The notes under the pieces were generated by a model. The model was not told the DNA's origin. It did no database searches and saw only the letters and a list, made by a program, of their open reading frames with translations. Of a stretch of 64,000 bases of DNA, positions 12,003-23,829 are shown piece after piece (position 1 is the first letter of the stretch; each line of letters opens with the position of its first letter). The position numbers and the translations under genes are program-made. Source of the stretch: Podarcis vaucheri. Its lineage: Eukaryota. The stretch lies in NCBI GenBank assembly GCA_965113315.1, contig OZ220371.1, one strand, 5' to 3'.

Positions 12003-13819
12003 TTTCATCCAGGTTGTTTCCGTGCTATTGGTAATCTCTATGGTCTTCTCCTTAACAATGTTCCATTGGGACCTGATCGCACAAAGAATCTTAGTTCTGA
12101 ATTATCAGGAACAAGAATTCAGAATCTTTCACTGAGCCATGTGCAGCTTTCACAGATTTCCAACTCAACTTTCAGTGGAATGAAAGAAACAAACCTCACA
12201 ATTTTAGACCTATCTAAAAATGATTTGTCTCGCATTGAAAATGGTTCTTTTGTCTATTTTGAAAATTTAAAGAGTTTGAATCTAATGAATAATAATATTA
12301 GATATATATATTCTCATTCCCTCTATGGGTTGCACAATGTAAATTATCTGAATTTGGAAAACTCTAATATAAAAAAAATTAATGATTCCGCTTTCCGGTG
12401 GTTAAAACATTTAGAGTGCCTTATTATGGATGGCAATAAACTTCTGGAAATTACCCCTAATACATTTAAAGGTTTAGAAAATTTGAAAAACTTGAGTTTA
12501 AGCCAGTGCAATCTGACTGTAATAACAGAGAAAACCTTTTCATCTCTTGCTAATTCTTCATTGCAGTTTCTCAACCTAACAAAATGTGGAATCACTTATA
12601 TGAAGGCTGGTGCCTTTTCTTGGTTGGGACAATTAACATCTCTGGATTTAGGTTTAAATAATATTAAGCAGGACCTCACTGGCCATGAATTTCAAGGTCT
12701 CAGTAATATTGAGACTCTCTATCTTTCTTACAATAGTCATCTGAATTTGACAAGTGAATCATTCACTTTCACTCCTAGCCTTAGAAAGCTGAGACTCAGA
12801 AAGGTTGGTTGCAGTAATCTTGCCATCTCTCCCTCACCATTCCGTAAGTTAAGCAATTTGACTATCCTAGATCTTGGTAACAACAACATAGCTAATATGA
12901 GAGAGGAGATATTTGATGGACTCCACCAGCTTGAAATTCTGGATTTGCAGCATAATAATCTGGATCGACTGTGGAAGCACGCCAACCCAGATGGCCCTGT
13001 TCTGTTCTTAAAAGGTCTTCGAAACCTGCGTCTACTTGATTTAGAATCCAATGGCTTTGATGAGATTCCAGGAAAGGCTTTCAATGGCTTATCTCAATTA
13101 AGAAGCTTGAATTTCGGAAAAAATAACTTTAATTTGTTTCCAACGTTTGTCTTCGACGAACTGGCATCTCTGAGCTCACTCTTCCTAGAGAAGAACCTTA
13201 TCACAGCTGTTGACGAAAAAGTGTTTGGGCGAATTTTCACAAATCTGAAGGAAATAAATATGGAGGGCAATCCTTTCGACTGCACTTGTGACAGTATAGC
13301 TTGGTTTGTTAATTGGCTCAATGGAAGCATAACATATATCCAAGGATTAAATAATTATATCTGCAACACCCCTTCTAAATATCATGCTAACAGGATTACA
13401 CAGTTTGATACCTCACCATGTGATAGTGCACCCTTTAAATTGGTCTACATTGTGAGCACTTCTTTGGTACTGCTCCTCATCTTTGTAGTCCTACTCGTCC
13501 ACTTTGAAGGGTGGAGAATCAAATTTATCTGGAGTGTGACCGTAAACAGAGTCTTTGGCCACAGGGAATTAGACAGGCCACTGCTACAGTTTGATTATGA
13601 TGCCTATATCATTCATGCCAAAAAAGACAGGAAATGGGTGTCCAAAAACTTTATTCCTCTTGAAGAAAACAGTCAACCAGAAATTAGGTTTTGCTTGGAA
13701 GAACGAGATTTTGAAGCTGGGATATCTGAATTCGAAGCAATCATCGACAGTATAAAAAGGAGCAGGAAAATTATATTTGTTGTAACTGAACATCTCTTAA
13801 AAGATCCATGGTGCAAAAG
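12003..13819 (+). CDS. TLR3: TLR3 coding exon 3 of 4 (LRRs, LRRCT, TM, first part of TIR; 1817 nt)
   Basis: Acceptor TTCTAG|TTT; FHPGCF...; LDLQHNNLDRLWKHANPDGP (His539/Asn541 equivalent and LRR20 insert); NPFDCTCDSIAWF; TM helix; EERDFEAG BB loop with the TLR3-specific Ala; donor AG|GTAAGC, phase 2. Confidence 0.98.
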
Positions 13820-14477
13820 GTAAGCTAAAATTATTTTAATAACTGACATTCCATTTGTTTGTTGTTGTTTTTAGAGCATGTCTTCACTACCATCTTAAAC
13901 TAGCTTCAAACCTTTAAATTGGTGTGATTCCCAGTCAAAGAATCTTTGGGGCTGTCTCTTTGGGGGAAATGATGAATGCAGTGGCAGTTTCCTGCCAGTT
14001 TCTGGGACTTCTAGGTTCTGTCCCAGTCCCCAGGTGGAAAAGATGTTCTGTAAGGGCCCTCAGAGGCTGGGAAAGGAGAAGATAGTGGTAGAAGTCTTAT
14101 AAGGTGATGCAAATCTTACAAGGTCTTTGAGCTTTTGGGGAATTTTATTAGGACACTCACAAAGGCTTGATCCCCTTCTGGGCTGTACTTTTGCAAGCAC
14201 ACTTGTACAAGAAAAAATGAATTATAAAATTGGAAATAAATGGTTAAATTGTTGTAAACTCAAAACTGGAAGCACAATATAATGATTTGAACTTATGTAT
14301 TTTCTTAGTGTCTCAAATGCCTTAAATCCATTCTTCCTTTTGTGAGCAGGAATAGGTGATAATATCTTGCACTGTACTAAGTCTCTTGGCAGGCAATCCA
14401 TATGTTGCACTCAGATTGTCAGGCACTAAGATTGTCATTACTCGAGAATCGGGAAACATCCCTGAGGATAATAACTA

Positions 14478-14734
14478 CCGTATTTTTTGCTCTATAAGAC
14501 TCACTTTTTTCCTCCTAAAAAGTAAGGGGAAATGTGTGTGCGTCTTATGGAGCGAATGCAGGCTGTGCAGCTATCTCAGAAGCCAGAACAGCAAGAGGGA
14601 TTGCTTCTTTCACTGTGCAGCGATCCCTCTTGCTGTTCTGGCTTCTGAGATTCAGAATTTTTTTTCTTGTTTTCCTCCTCCAAAAACTAGGTGCGTCTTG
14701 TGGTCTGGTGCGTCTTATAGAGCGAAAAATATGG
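14478..14734. mobile_element. Tc1/mariner MITE, family B (CCGTATTTTTC TIR)
   Basis: TIRs CCGTATTTTT.GCTCTATAAGAC / GTCTTATAGAGCGAAAAATA.GG, TA TSD, internal hairpin. Confidence 0.88.
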
Positions 14735-15255
14735 TATTTGCTCTCTTGAGTATTTGCAACAAGGGTTTGAGAAGTCACAAGCTGGTGGGGGGTGGGAACA
14801 CTCTCATATATTTAGGGAAAGTTGCAAACAGAGGTGGCAGTGTTCATGCATTTAGAGTAAGGGCAATGCTTCTGGCATTCAGTCCAAATTATTTGGTCTT
14901 GTCACATAGCCAAAACGTATTAGCTACAGGGCATCATAACATTTGCATGGTTGTTGCAAGATCCTTGACTGGCTGTGGCATGAAGAAGCTGTGACTTAAA
15001 ACAAATGTGGCTTCAAAGCAATTGCAGGTTGTTCCCAAGCTGTCCTTGACTTCTCTTTCATAATTGCTTGCATGCGGTTCATGGCAGAATCTCAACACTT
15101 CTGGAAACCAGTTTTCATGGAAAAAATGATCACTGCCTCTCAGCCTAACCTGTACCTCACAGGGTTGCAATGGGGTAGAACCATGGGCACCATAAGTAGA
15201 GTGCAATTATAATCATATCCTCAGCTGAAAACAAGACCACCTGAATACCCTATTC

Positions 15256-15508
15256 CAGGGTTCAGCAAACATTTTCAGCAGGGAGCGAGTCCACTGCCCC
15301 TCAGACTTTGTGGGGGGCCGAACTATATTTTAGAGGGGGGGGGAATGAATGAATTCCTATGCCCCACAAATAACCCAGAGATGCATTTTAAATAAAAGGG
15401 CACATTCTACTCATGTAAAAACACGCTGATTCCAGGACCGTCCGCGGGCTGGATTTAGAAGCCAATTGGGTCAGATCTGGCCCCGGGGCCTTAGTTTGCC
15501 TACCCATG
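15256..15508. mobile_element. hAT (Charlie-like) MITE
   Basis: Perfect 8-bp TSD CCCTATTC (15248-15255 / 15509-15516); CAGGG...GCAAAC / GTTTGCC.ACCCATG TIRs. Confidence 0.85.
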
Positions 15509-15660
15509 CCCTATTCTGTGAACATTGCTTGTTTTTGTTAGCATTTTACCATTGACTCAGAGTCACTACATCGTAAGAGAAAATGAGCAATTGCATACAT
15601 TTGTAAGTGAAATATTGTTATGTCCCAAATTAGCTCTCATCCCCTTTGTCTTCTGTCCAG

Positions 15661-15889
15661 GTTCAAAGTGTATCATGCCATACAGCAAGCTATTGAACAA
15701 AGTCGGGATTCCATCATTCTAGTTTTTCGGCATGACATTCCTGATTACAAACTGAAAAACGCACTCTGCTTACGAAGAGCGATGTTCAAATCTCGCTGCA
15801 TCTTGGAGTGGCCAGTACAGAAAGACCGTCATGGTGCATTTTACCAGCAGTTAAAATTGGCACTTAAAACTAGTAGCAGGGTACTATGA
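15661..15889 (+). CDS. TLR3: TLR3 coding exon 4 of 4 (TIR C-terminus, stop TGA; 229 nt)
   Basis: Acceptor GTCCAG|G; (R)FKVYHAIQQAIEQSRDSIILVFRHDIPDYKL...ILEWP. The spliced CDS is 441+192+1817+229=2679 nt, 892 aa, with no frameshift. Confidence 0.97.
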
Positions 15890-15995
15890 CATTTTAAAAA
15901 GGATTACAGTAAATTATTTTGTATGCTTGAATTAGCAGTCAAAATGCTACCCAAAATATATAATATGAATGCAGGAAAAATATAAATTGTTACCT

Positions 15996-17216
15996 AATAA
16001 ATGTAGAACTTTCCAAAGTGTTCTAGAGGATAGAGATAGTAGCCTCAACATCCCTTCTCATCACCCCATAGGAGGAGACAGGCACTTGAAGGGGAAATCA
16101 TTTACCCAGCCAGATGAGAGCTCTGTTTAACGCCCTCTGCTGTGTCTTCTTCCCACAGGAGAAAAGTTGTTCTACAGCAGGCGGTCTTGATACCTCTTGC
16201 TGGAAGATACAGGGCTTGGAGGCAGAAAATGTAGATAAGGCTTGATGCCTAGGGTAGATAATGGTATGACAGTTAAATAATATATGGTGAATTGGCTGTG
16301 TCCCTTGTGATAGTTAATAGGCATATAAAGTTAACAAGTTTATAATAATGTATCTGTATTGTTGAAAAACTTTGTTTAAAAAAATGTTCTGTAGTTTTTC
16401 ATTCTGAGTTTTCAGTGCTGACTCACCTCATTTCTTTTCCTTATCCCTTCCCCTCCCTATTTTACTCAGAACAGAGCTGAAATTAATGGATCCAACCTCA
16501 TGTTCATTGGTTTCAGTGGGTCCACTGTGTGAAACTTAGTTGTTTATTTTCTCTGGGAAACACGCATGAGTACCCCTGCCTATTCTACATTTTGATTCAT
16601 GCTTCATCTAGCAAATCACCTGGAATAGACAAAAGGTGTGAGTGATCAGCTCACTCAACAGAGTAGAGATTTATGACTGTACAGGTTATCAAAGTGTCCG
16701 TGTGTGTGTAGGACTAAGGGGATTCCTTCTCAATCTCTTTGGCTTTGGCACATACAAAATAGGGCAACCAAAAAGAAAGAGATAAGTTCAATTCCTTATC
16801 ACTATGGTCCCTTAGTAAATCCAGTGTAAACAAATTTGGGGAAAACAGGCATTACAACACAGGGTCTCTTATTTTGTTACTAAAGAAACTCATTTTTGTA
16901 TATTCATTTCAATATATTTTGTATATTTATTTCGGTATTAGAAGCCACAATTTTGGGAGCATCTATGGACTCTCATTAGGACAGCGTCAAGTCTATATAT
17001 TTTCACTATATTGTTCTCCTTTCTGTTCAGATTCAGTGTTAAATATATGCTAATCAAGAAGACCTGTTTATGACCTGATTAAGAAGATACATATTTCAAA
17101 CCATACAGTAACTACATGCACATATATTAAAAATATATAATGTTTTATACTTACTTGAATAAACTCCCCCAGCTTTGGTACATAGTGACAGGTTGTAAAT
17201 ATTCTATTTGAATAAA
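15996..17216 (+). terminator. Candidate TLR3 poly(A) signals (AATAAA at 15996, 17158, 17211)
   Basis: Hexamers in the AT-rich region downstream of the stop. Which is used cannot be told from sequence. Confidence 0.4.
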
Positions 17217-18360
17217 CTTGATTTTTAAAAATATGCAGTTTTGGTAATTAAATTGTTATGAAATTTAGGGGAAAGGGCAAATTTTAAAGAAACAATAATA
17301 GTTTTTGTATATATAAAAATTGTGTCTGAAGGGACGCTTTCAGAAGATCTAAAGTTGAAAATAAAGGATCCTGTTTACAGATGAACTGGTATGTGACGAT
17401 TCCTTAATTACAGTAATTGGATTATCGCCATTGTGATGCGCTCATCTCATCTTTCTGATCCTCTTTTCACTTGAAGTGACAAGTTCTCTTGTCTAGTTTA
17501 AGCCATGAAAGCTGAGGAGGCTTCAAGGTGGTAATGCCAGGTTTCTTTCCAGGTAGATTATACTTTCTCCTATTTAAAGAGGAGCTCATAAAGATCTAAA
17601 TTCCTCTGGTAGAATAAAACAAACAGCATGTACTCAAGAGAATCATGTCACCAGTTTTAGGCACCCAAGTGAAGTACTTGAAAAGAGGCCTCTCTGATGC
17701 CACATAACAAAGCTGTTTTGGGAAACTTAGAGGAGCTTTATGAGCAATATGTGTTAAAACAGAGAGATCCACTGAGCAGGGAGAATCTGCTGGGCACCCC
17801 AAGGCCTTGACCATGTCAAAAGTAACTGTTTCCAATATTTCCTATGGTTGGGGTGCATTTTTAAAAAATTCTAGCTGGCCAGTAAGGTTGAACTTGTACA
17901 TTGAGTATAAATTGCAATAAAATAGTTCTATTAGTTAGAAAACAAAAGTAAATGTATCCATGAATTCTGAACACACTGAACTAATGCAGTGAGTGAAAAA
18001 TGTTTTCATAAACATTTGGCTAGGTTAGCTTTATTTGGCTAGTTTAGCCTGATAAATAGAGTATTGTATTTATACGGTTCCTGGGTTTTTGAACTTTAAA
18101 GTAATGTGTCAAAAACCTGGACGCTGTCATGTAGAAGGGCTAACTGGCTTATTTTTGTTTCAGGCAGTTTTAAATATTGATACTATGGTAAATTTCCTAC
18201 AATTACACTCCCAAACATTCCTTATGGATGTGTGAATTATTGTGCTAACTGCTTGGAGAGTAAAAGTAAATGCTGCCAGCCAGTTAGGGATTTCAGAATG
18301 CCACAATGAATGAAATACACCTTCCATCAAAATCAGCAGTAGGAAGAAAGATAGCATCTG

Positions 18361-20752
18361 GAGTTCCGGGTTGGTGCCTCCGGCAATGGCGGAGTTCCTC
18401 TGATCGGGAGGAACTTGCCCCGTGGGAATTTGGGTCTGTACCGCCACGGTGAAGGCGGAGACCCATAAAAATCACAGGCGGGAGAAGCCTGTGAACGTGG
18501 GATTCGGCAGGCACCATTTGCGCCTCCCCTACTTGCGGGGGAACCCGATTTCGGGGACCCAGAGTGACATGGGGTGAGCGGCGCGGTGCTTCGAATCGTC
18601 TGCTTCTTCCATGGAGCGAAGCCGCATAGCTGTTGCCGGAAAGCACTGACTTTTTCCTGTGGACAATTTGACTCCAAAGTAATTACCCGTGAATAGAGCT
18701 GATACGGGAGAATCGGATTTTAAACGTTTAATTGGGCATCGAAACGGGGAGGTTCAAAACAGGAAGTCTGTCTTCCCTATTTGTAAATAGACTGAGGCAA
18801 GGAGTCTGTAAGCTGAAGTCTTGGAAAGCCTTTTGTAAAAGATTAAATTTCCAACGGCAAAGAGTATAAAATCCTCCTTGGAGGCAGGAGAAGAGGGGGG
18901 GGGTGGAGTTGTGGACTGAGTATGCCTGCAGGAGAGAGTAAAGAGAGTTAAAATACTGCCACTCTGTCCCTGGAAACGGGCTGCCAGTAGGACTGACGTT
19001 TTGGAATGTCCATTGACAGCATTAGAATGTTCCTTGACAACTAGCAAAATAAGAGAGATATATTGTTTCTGCTGTCTCCGGCTGCTTCTAAAAAGGAGTA
19101 ATAAAGTAACTGAAAACTGAAACTAACTTTGGATTGTACGAGTTGCGCTTAAAGGTGACATTCTTGATTATTATAAATAGAAAATGTTTCCCCCTAGTGG
19201 AAGTTTCTGAAATTGGTTACTTTATAAGAGCTGGGCTAGGGGAGTTTCCAGCTGCAAAATAAAAACTGTGTGACTCTGGGATTGACCTTGAATCTCTTAA
19301 GTGTTATGGCAAATGGAAAGGAAAGAACAGATGAAATGTTAACAGAAGAGGCCTTAGTGGCCGCATTATTGAAAATAAATGACTCGCTTCATAGGAAAAC
19401 AGAAGTGATGAATGTGAAAGCAGATGCTGCACATAATAAAATTGATTTAATTGTAGAAAGTTTAAATAATCTGGGACAAAAGGTGAACACCAACACAGAA
19501 ACCACCCAGAAATTGACACAGGAATCTACTTTAATATGGCAAACTGCGGATGAAGTCAGGGAGAAAACCTTTGCTGCTGAATGTAAAACAACACAATTGG
19601 AGTGTGAGAGAGCCCCATACATTCAAAAGCAACTTGACGAATATAAGCTGACATTTGCTATGATGGAGCTTAAAGAAAAACAGATGAATTTGAAGATCAG
19701 AACCCCACCAGAACTGGGAAAGGAAAGTTCGACAGAGCTTCAGGAGGAGACAGGATCAACATCGGCTGAGAAAGAGAGACTATTGGGGGTCAGTAGGACC
19801 GCCAAAAATGTGAATTTACTTAAGGGCAACTGTGAAGGACGTTGGATTGAAGAGAAGGGGGATTGGGAAATATGGACAAATCTGAAGTTGCTATGGTTGG
19901 GCCAAGCTGTTGTGGTGGGGATGAGGGTTGCTGTGTTGCCGGGGATGTTGCTTTTGTGTCAAAAAGTGCAAGTTTTGGATGGGAGGGATTGTTTCAGGAG
20001 GTGGCAGAGGGATGTTCCTGGATTGGTTTGGCAGGGCAGGAAGCCTCGAGTAAAACTTAAGATATTGACGGATGCTAAAGAAGGAGGTGGACCTGCCCTG
20101 CCAGACACCTAAACTTTGTTGTGAATCATTTGCTTTTTGCTGGCTGAGAGAATGGCTGTCTCTTAAAAGCACTGAAGTGTTGGATAATGGCAGATGAAGT
20201 TGATGGACTAGACGGAATTGGCGGAAAAGATTGGCAAGATCCGAGACCAGGGAGAAGAGTCGGTGGAAGAAGACTGGGAAAGGTTTAAAGACTATTTACA
20301 GAAATATTGTAAAATTAATGAATGTTAGAAGAATGTTGGAATGAAATTATATGGCTTCAGTAGAAATGTTATAAAGAATTAAGCATAAATAGATTAATAG
20401 AGTATTAAAGGAAAATAAGGTTAAAAGATGTTAAGATAATTATAGGATAGAAAACAGGGGAAGATGGTAAGGAATTGCTGAAATAATTAATAGAAGTGGA
20501 ATTAATAGAAGTGGACAAAAAGGGAGGTGTGAGGAAGCCATGGAAATATGGGAAAGAAAGATAAGATATTGGAAGTTTTTTTCTTTCTTTTCCCCCCTTC
20601 TTTCTTTTGATGTGTTTTTAAATTGTTTTTGTTTTGTTTTGTTTTGTTAATTTTTATGTAGTGTTTTTGTATTATAATGTATTGTTTTTTCTTTGTTTTT
20701 TCTTTTGTAAGTGTTTAAATTGTTGTAAAAGCAATAAAAAGTATTATAAAAA
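18361..20752 (+). mobile_element. Complete, internally deleted non-autonomous L1 derivative (5'UTR + ORF1 N-half fused to an ORF2 fragment + ORF2 C-terminal remnant + 3'UTR/polyA)
   Basis: 20-bp TSD AGGAAGAAAGATAGCATCTG (18341-18360 / 20753-20772); AATAAA at 20733 plus a short A tail; CpG-rich 5' end. ORF 19306-20112 has a coiled coil, NLKIRTPPE, then LVWQGRKPRVKLKILTDAKEGGG.ALPD, homologous to the L1 ORF2 at 59915-60460 (-). Confidence 0.9.
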
Positions 20753-22626
20753 AGGAAGAAAGATAGCATCTGAATGCGCAGCCAGCTGCAGCACAGACAA
20801 TATCTGCATTTGGTTGCACAGAGGCACACAGCTAATGGCCATGGCTACTAAAGGCAACAATATCTTGAGACTGTGGGAAGGAAAGACAGAAACGGTGGGC
20901 TATATCAACCACAAATTTGCAGCGTATTTGTGATCAACTGTGTGGAGTTCTCACATGCCACATTGCAAACATACTGTACGCATGTATGATGGCCAATGCT
21001 GCAGTCCTGGGTGTGCATGCTTTGAAGTATGTCCACTGAATACTGTGGGACTTATTTCTTAGGAAACAGACTTAGAAGTGCACTGTAATTCACACTATCA
21101 GTTCACTATTTGCACATTCAGTGGCATACCTAGGCTCCCTTCCGCCATTCTCTGGCAAGGAGCTATATGCCCCCAGTCCCTTGCACTGCTGTGTTGAGGC
21201 AGCCACAGCAATGGAGGAGTGGCCCAGAGAGCAGGTGGGCAGACTCCGAGCCACAGCAGAGACATGTGGTTTTTGCATTCCTCTGGGACTATGCCCTTGG
21301 CAGGGGCAAACCTAACCAACCCCTAGGTACACTCCTATGCAGCTTTAATATTGAAAGCCAGAAATGGGATGCTCTCTCACATTTACAGAGATCAGTACCA
21401 CTAGATGCCAGAATGGGAGGTATTTGTGTCTCTAGTTGTCTATCCCCATCTCCTAGTGGTGATTTACAAAGAAACAAATCTTGCATGTTAATTGGTAATA
21501 GCACAAATGTCACATCTAACTTTGCCCTGGGCCCACTGAATCTTTATTGTACAATAAACTGATTATACAGATCAGTCAAATCTTGTTTCCCTAATATGTT
21601 TCTCTAAGGCGGTTCTTTTCTAAGACCAGATTCCCGCTATTAAAAAAAAAAAAAAGCTTTTCTAGAAATTTGAGTTTGCTTTGCTCTCTTCACAGCACAA
21701 GAAATAGTTTTCTTGAAAAATAAAGCTTGTTAGATAACGGTAAGCACATTTTTTGTGTCACAGTTTAGTTGTCAAGACATGCTATAAATGCATTATGCAG
21801 TTCTTAACAATACTCTGCTGATCAGTCTTGCATATTTTACTCTTTTTAAAAACCAAAATCCAATTATGTGTTTTAAGTTTATAAGCCAAAAATACATGAT
21901 CCGGTTCTATTCAGAATTAAGGTGTAACTAATCTGCTGAGTATTCCTGTAAATTATAATTTAAGAATGTAAGCACCACCTGAATCAGACCAAGGTCTAAC
22001 TTGTTCAGCATCCTTTACAATAATCAAGGCAACCAGTTGGTATTATGTGATCTAACAGAAATTGCCCACTGGTCCACTCTTAAACCACTGTCTGTCTTAC
22101 CTTTAAATACAGTGGGCCGTACTTCTGAGTAAAAATGCACAGAACTGTGCTATTAAACACATTTCCTAGGGAAATGAATTCTGCTGAACTCAGATTTACT
22201 TCTGAGCGAAATGCTTAGCAGTTTTTAATTCCTATGGCACTTAAATACAGCTGGATGTGTTTTAATCTAGGTCATTTGTTTCACATCATACACAATTATT
22301 CATTGATATACTAAATAATATGCAACTTACATAAAAGTTGTTTTTTCTTCATAGATATTGAGTATGATTATTATTTTTTAACGTGTAAACAGCTCCCGTG
22401 ACTTCTTCACACATCATGGGGCAACAAAGTTTGTTACAGATCCATGTACCCAGGGAAGGGAGCTGAAGCCAAAAAAAAAAAATGGGCTCACTGAAAACAC
22501 ACACCCAATCCCGAAACGACAAACATTCAAACCGACTCTTGCCAAATTCATCCGATAAAATATATTTGAAGGGTTGGAACCTCGTGGCACACTTAGAATG
22601 GGAACATCTCACAGATTTAAGCAGTA

Positions 22627-22854
22627 CAGTGGCACCTCAGGTTAAGTACTTAATTCGTTCCGGAGGTCCGTACTTAACTGAAACTGTTCTTAACCTGAAG
22701 CACCACTTTAGCTAATGGGGCCTCCTGCTGCTGCTGCTGCACCACCAGAGCACGATTTCTGTTCTCATCCTGAAGCAAAGTTCTTAACCCGAGGTACTAT
22801 TTCTGGGTTAGCAGAGTCTGTAACCTGAAGCATATGTAACCCGAGGTACCACTG
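22627..22854. mobile_element. Tigger/pogo-like MITE, family A
   Basis: TIRs and TA TSD; highly similar to 11195-11428. Confidence 0.92.
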
Positions 22855-23829
22855 TAAACAGGCAGACTCCACTGTATGGCCTCAGGATGAGACCTCACAT
22901 TCTTACAATATTTCTCCAAGTACATTCCTTACAAGTCTGCTAATGAATGAGAAGGCTTGGCTGGGATCCTTCCCTGAGGCATGTGGCTTTCTAGAGGCAG
23001 GGAGTTATTTGTTGTAAAGGGGAAGAACATATTCAGACATCCCAGTCCTTCACCTGCAGTGTGAAGGGAGAAACAGCTGACCCTCGTCACTTGCTTCTTG
23101 TGAGAATTAGGCCTTTTACTGAGCTCCAAATGTAGCCTTATGAGGCTTTGCCCTCGGGTGGGAAAAATTTTGCGCCTGGGAAAGGGAAGTGGGAGTCAAC
23201 AGACACTCAAGGAATAGTTTCAGAGAAAAAGTTTTATTTCTACCATCCATGAACTGGTAGAAGGAGCAAGTGTGATAAGTCACAAAAAGCATGCACGAGT
23301 TCACAGTGATGTGCACAAACATATATACCCCTTTCTAGTTCCCTCCCCCTTTCTCCTCCCTCAGGAGTCCTGCCCCATGTTGAGGTTCCTGGGCATGTAC
23401 AGAAAGCTGTCTTGGAACTATTGTGGACTCTTGGCAGGAAAGGGGGTGAGGGGGTTTTCAGAGTGTTCCCGTTGTTTCATTCATTCTGAGAAGACAATGG
23501 GCTCTGTTCTCTACCTTGTTGCAATCTTTTAAGTTACAGCAAGCGGAATGTTTCTGATGCTTAGCTGCTGAGAAAATGATTTTGAAAAGCTTTGAGCCTG
23601 CGGGGGGGGGGGCCTAGGTGAGGTCACCTGTCCTCACCTTCCTTCACAAAGGAGCTTTACATACTTCTAAGGAAATGTCTACACAGCACCGGGCTGAAAC
23701 TATGTGGCATATACTTTAAAATATATGGGAAGTAGTACCTCCAGAGAAAGCTTGCCGTTACAAGGGGAGGAATGAAGAGCGGGCCCACAGGGCTTCCCGC
23801 CCAAGCCTGCAGCTTTCTGTTTTGGCAGA

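Noticed and set aside
12344-13793. Minus-strand ORFs overlapping the large TLR3 exon
   Set aside because: Antisense shadows of the LRR-coding frame; no independent evidence.
14356-14994. 212-aa ORF in the last TLR3 intron, and similar ORFs at 34468-35019 and 63113-63691
   Set aside because: They run through family-B MITEs (shared YRIF.SIR.TF...KGKCVCVLWSEC translation); chance open frames of a non-coding repeat.
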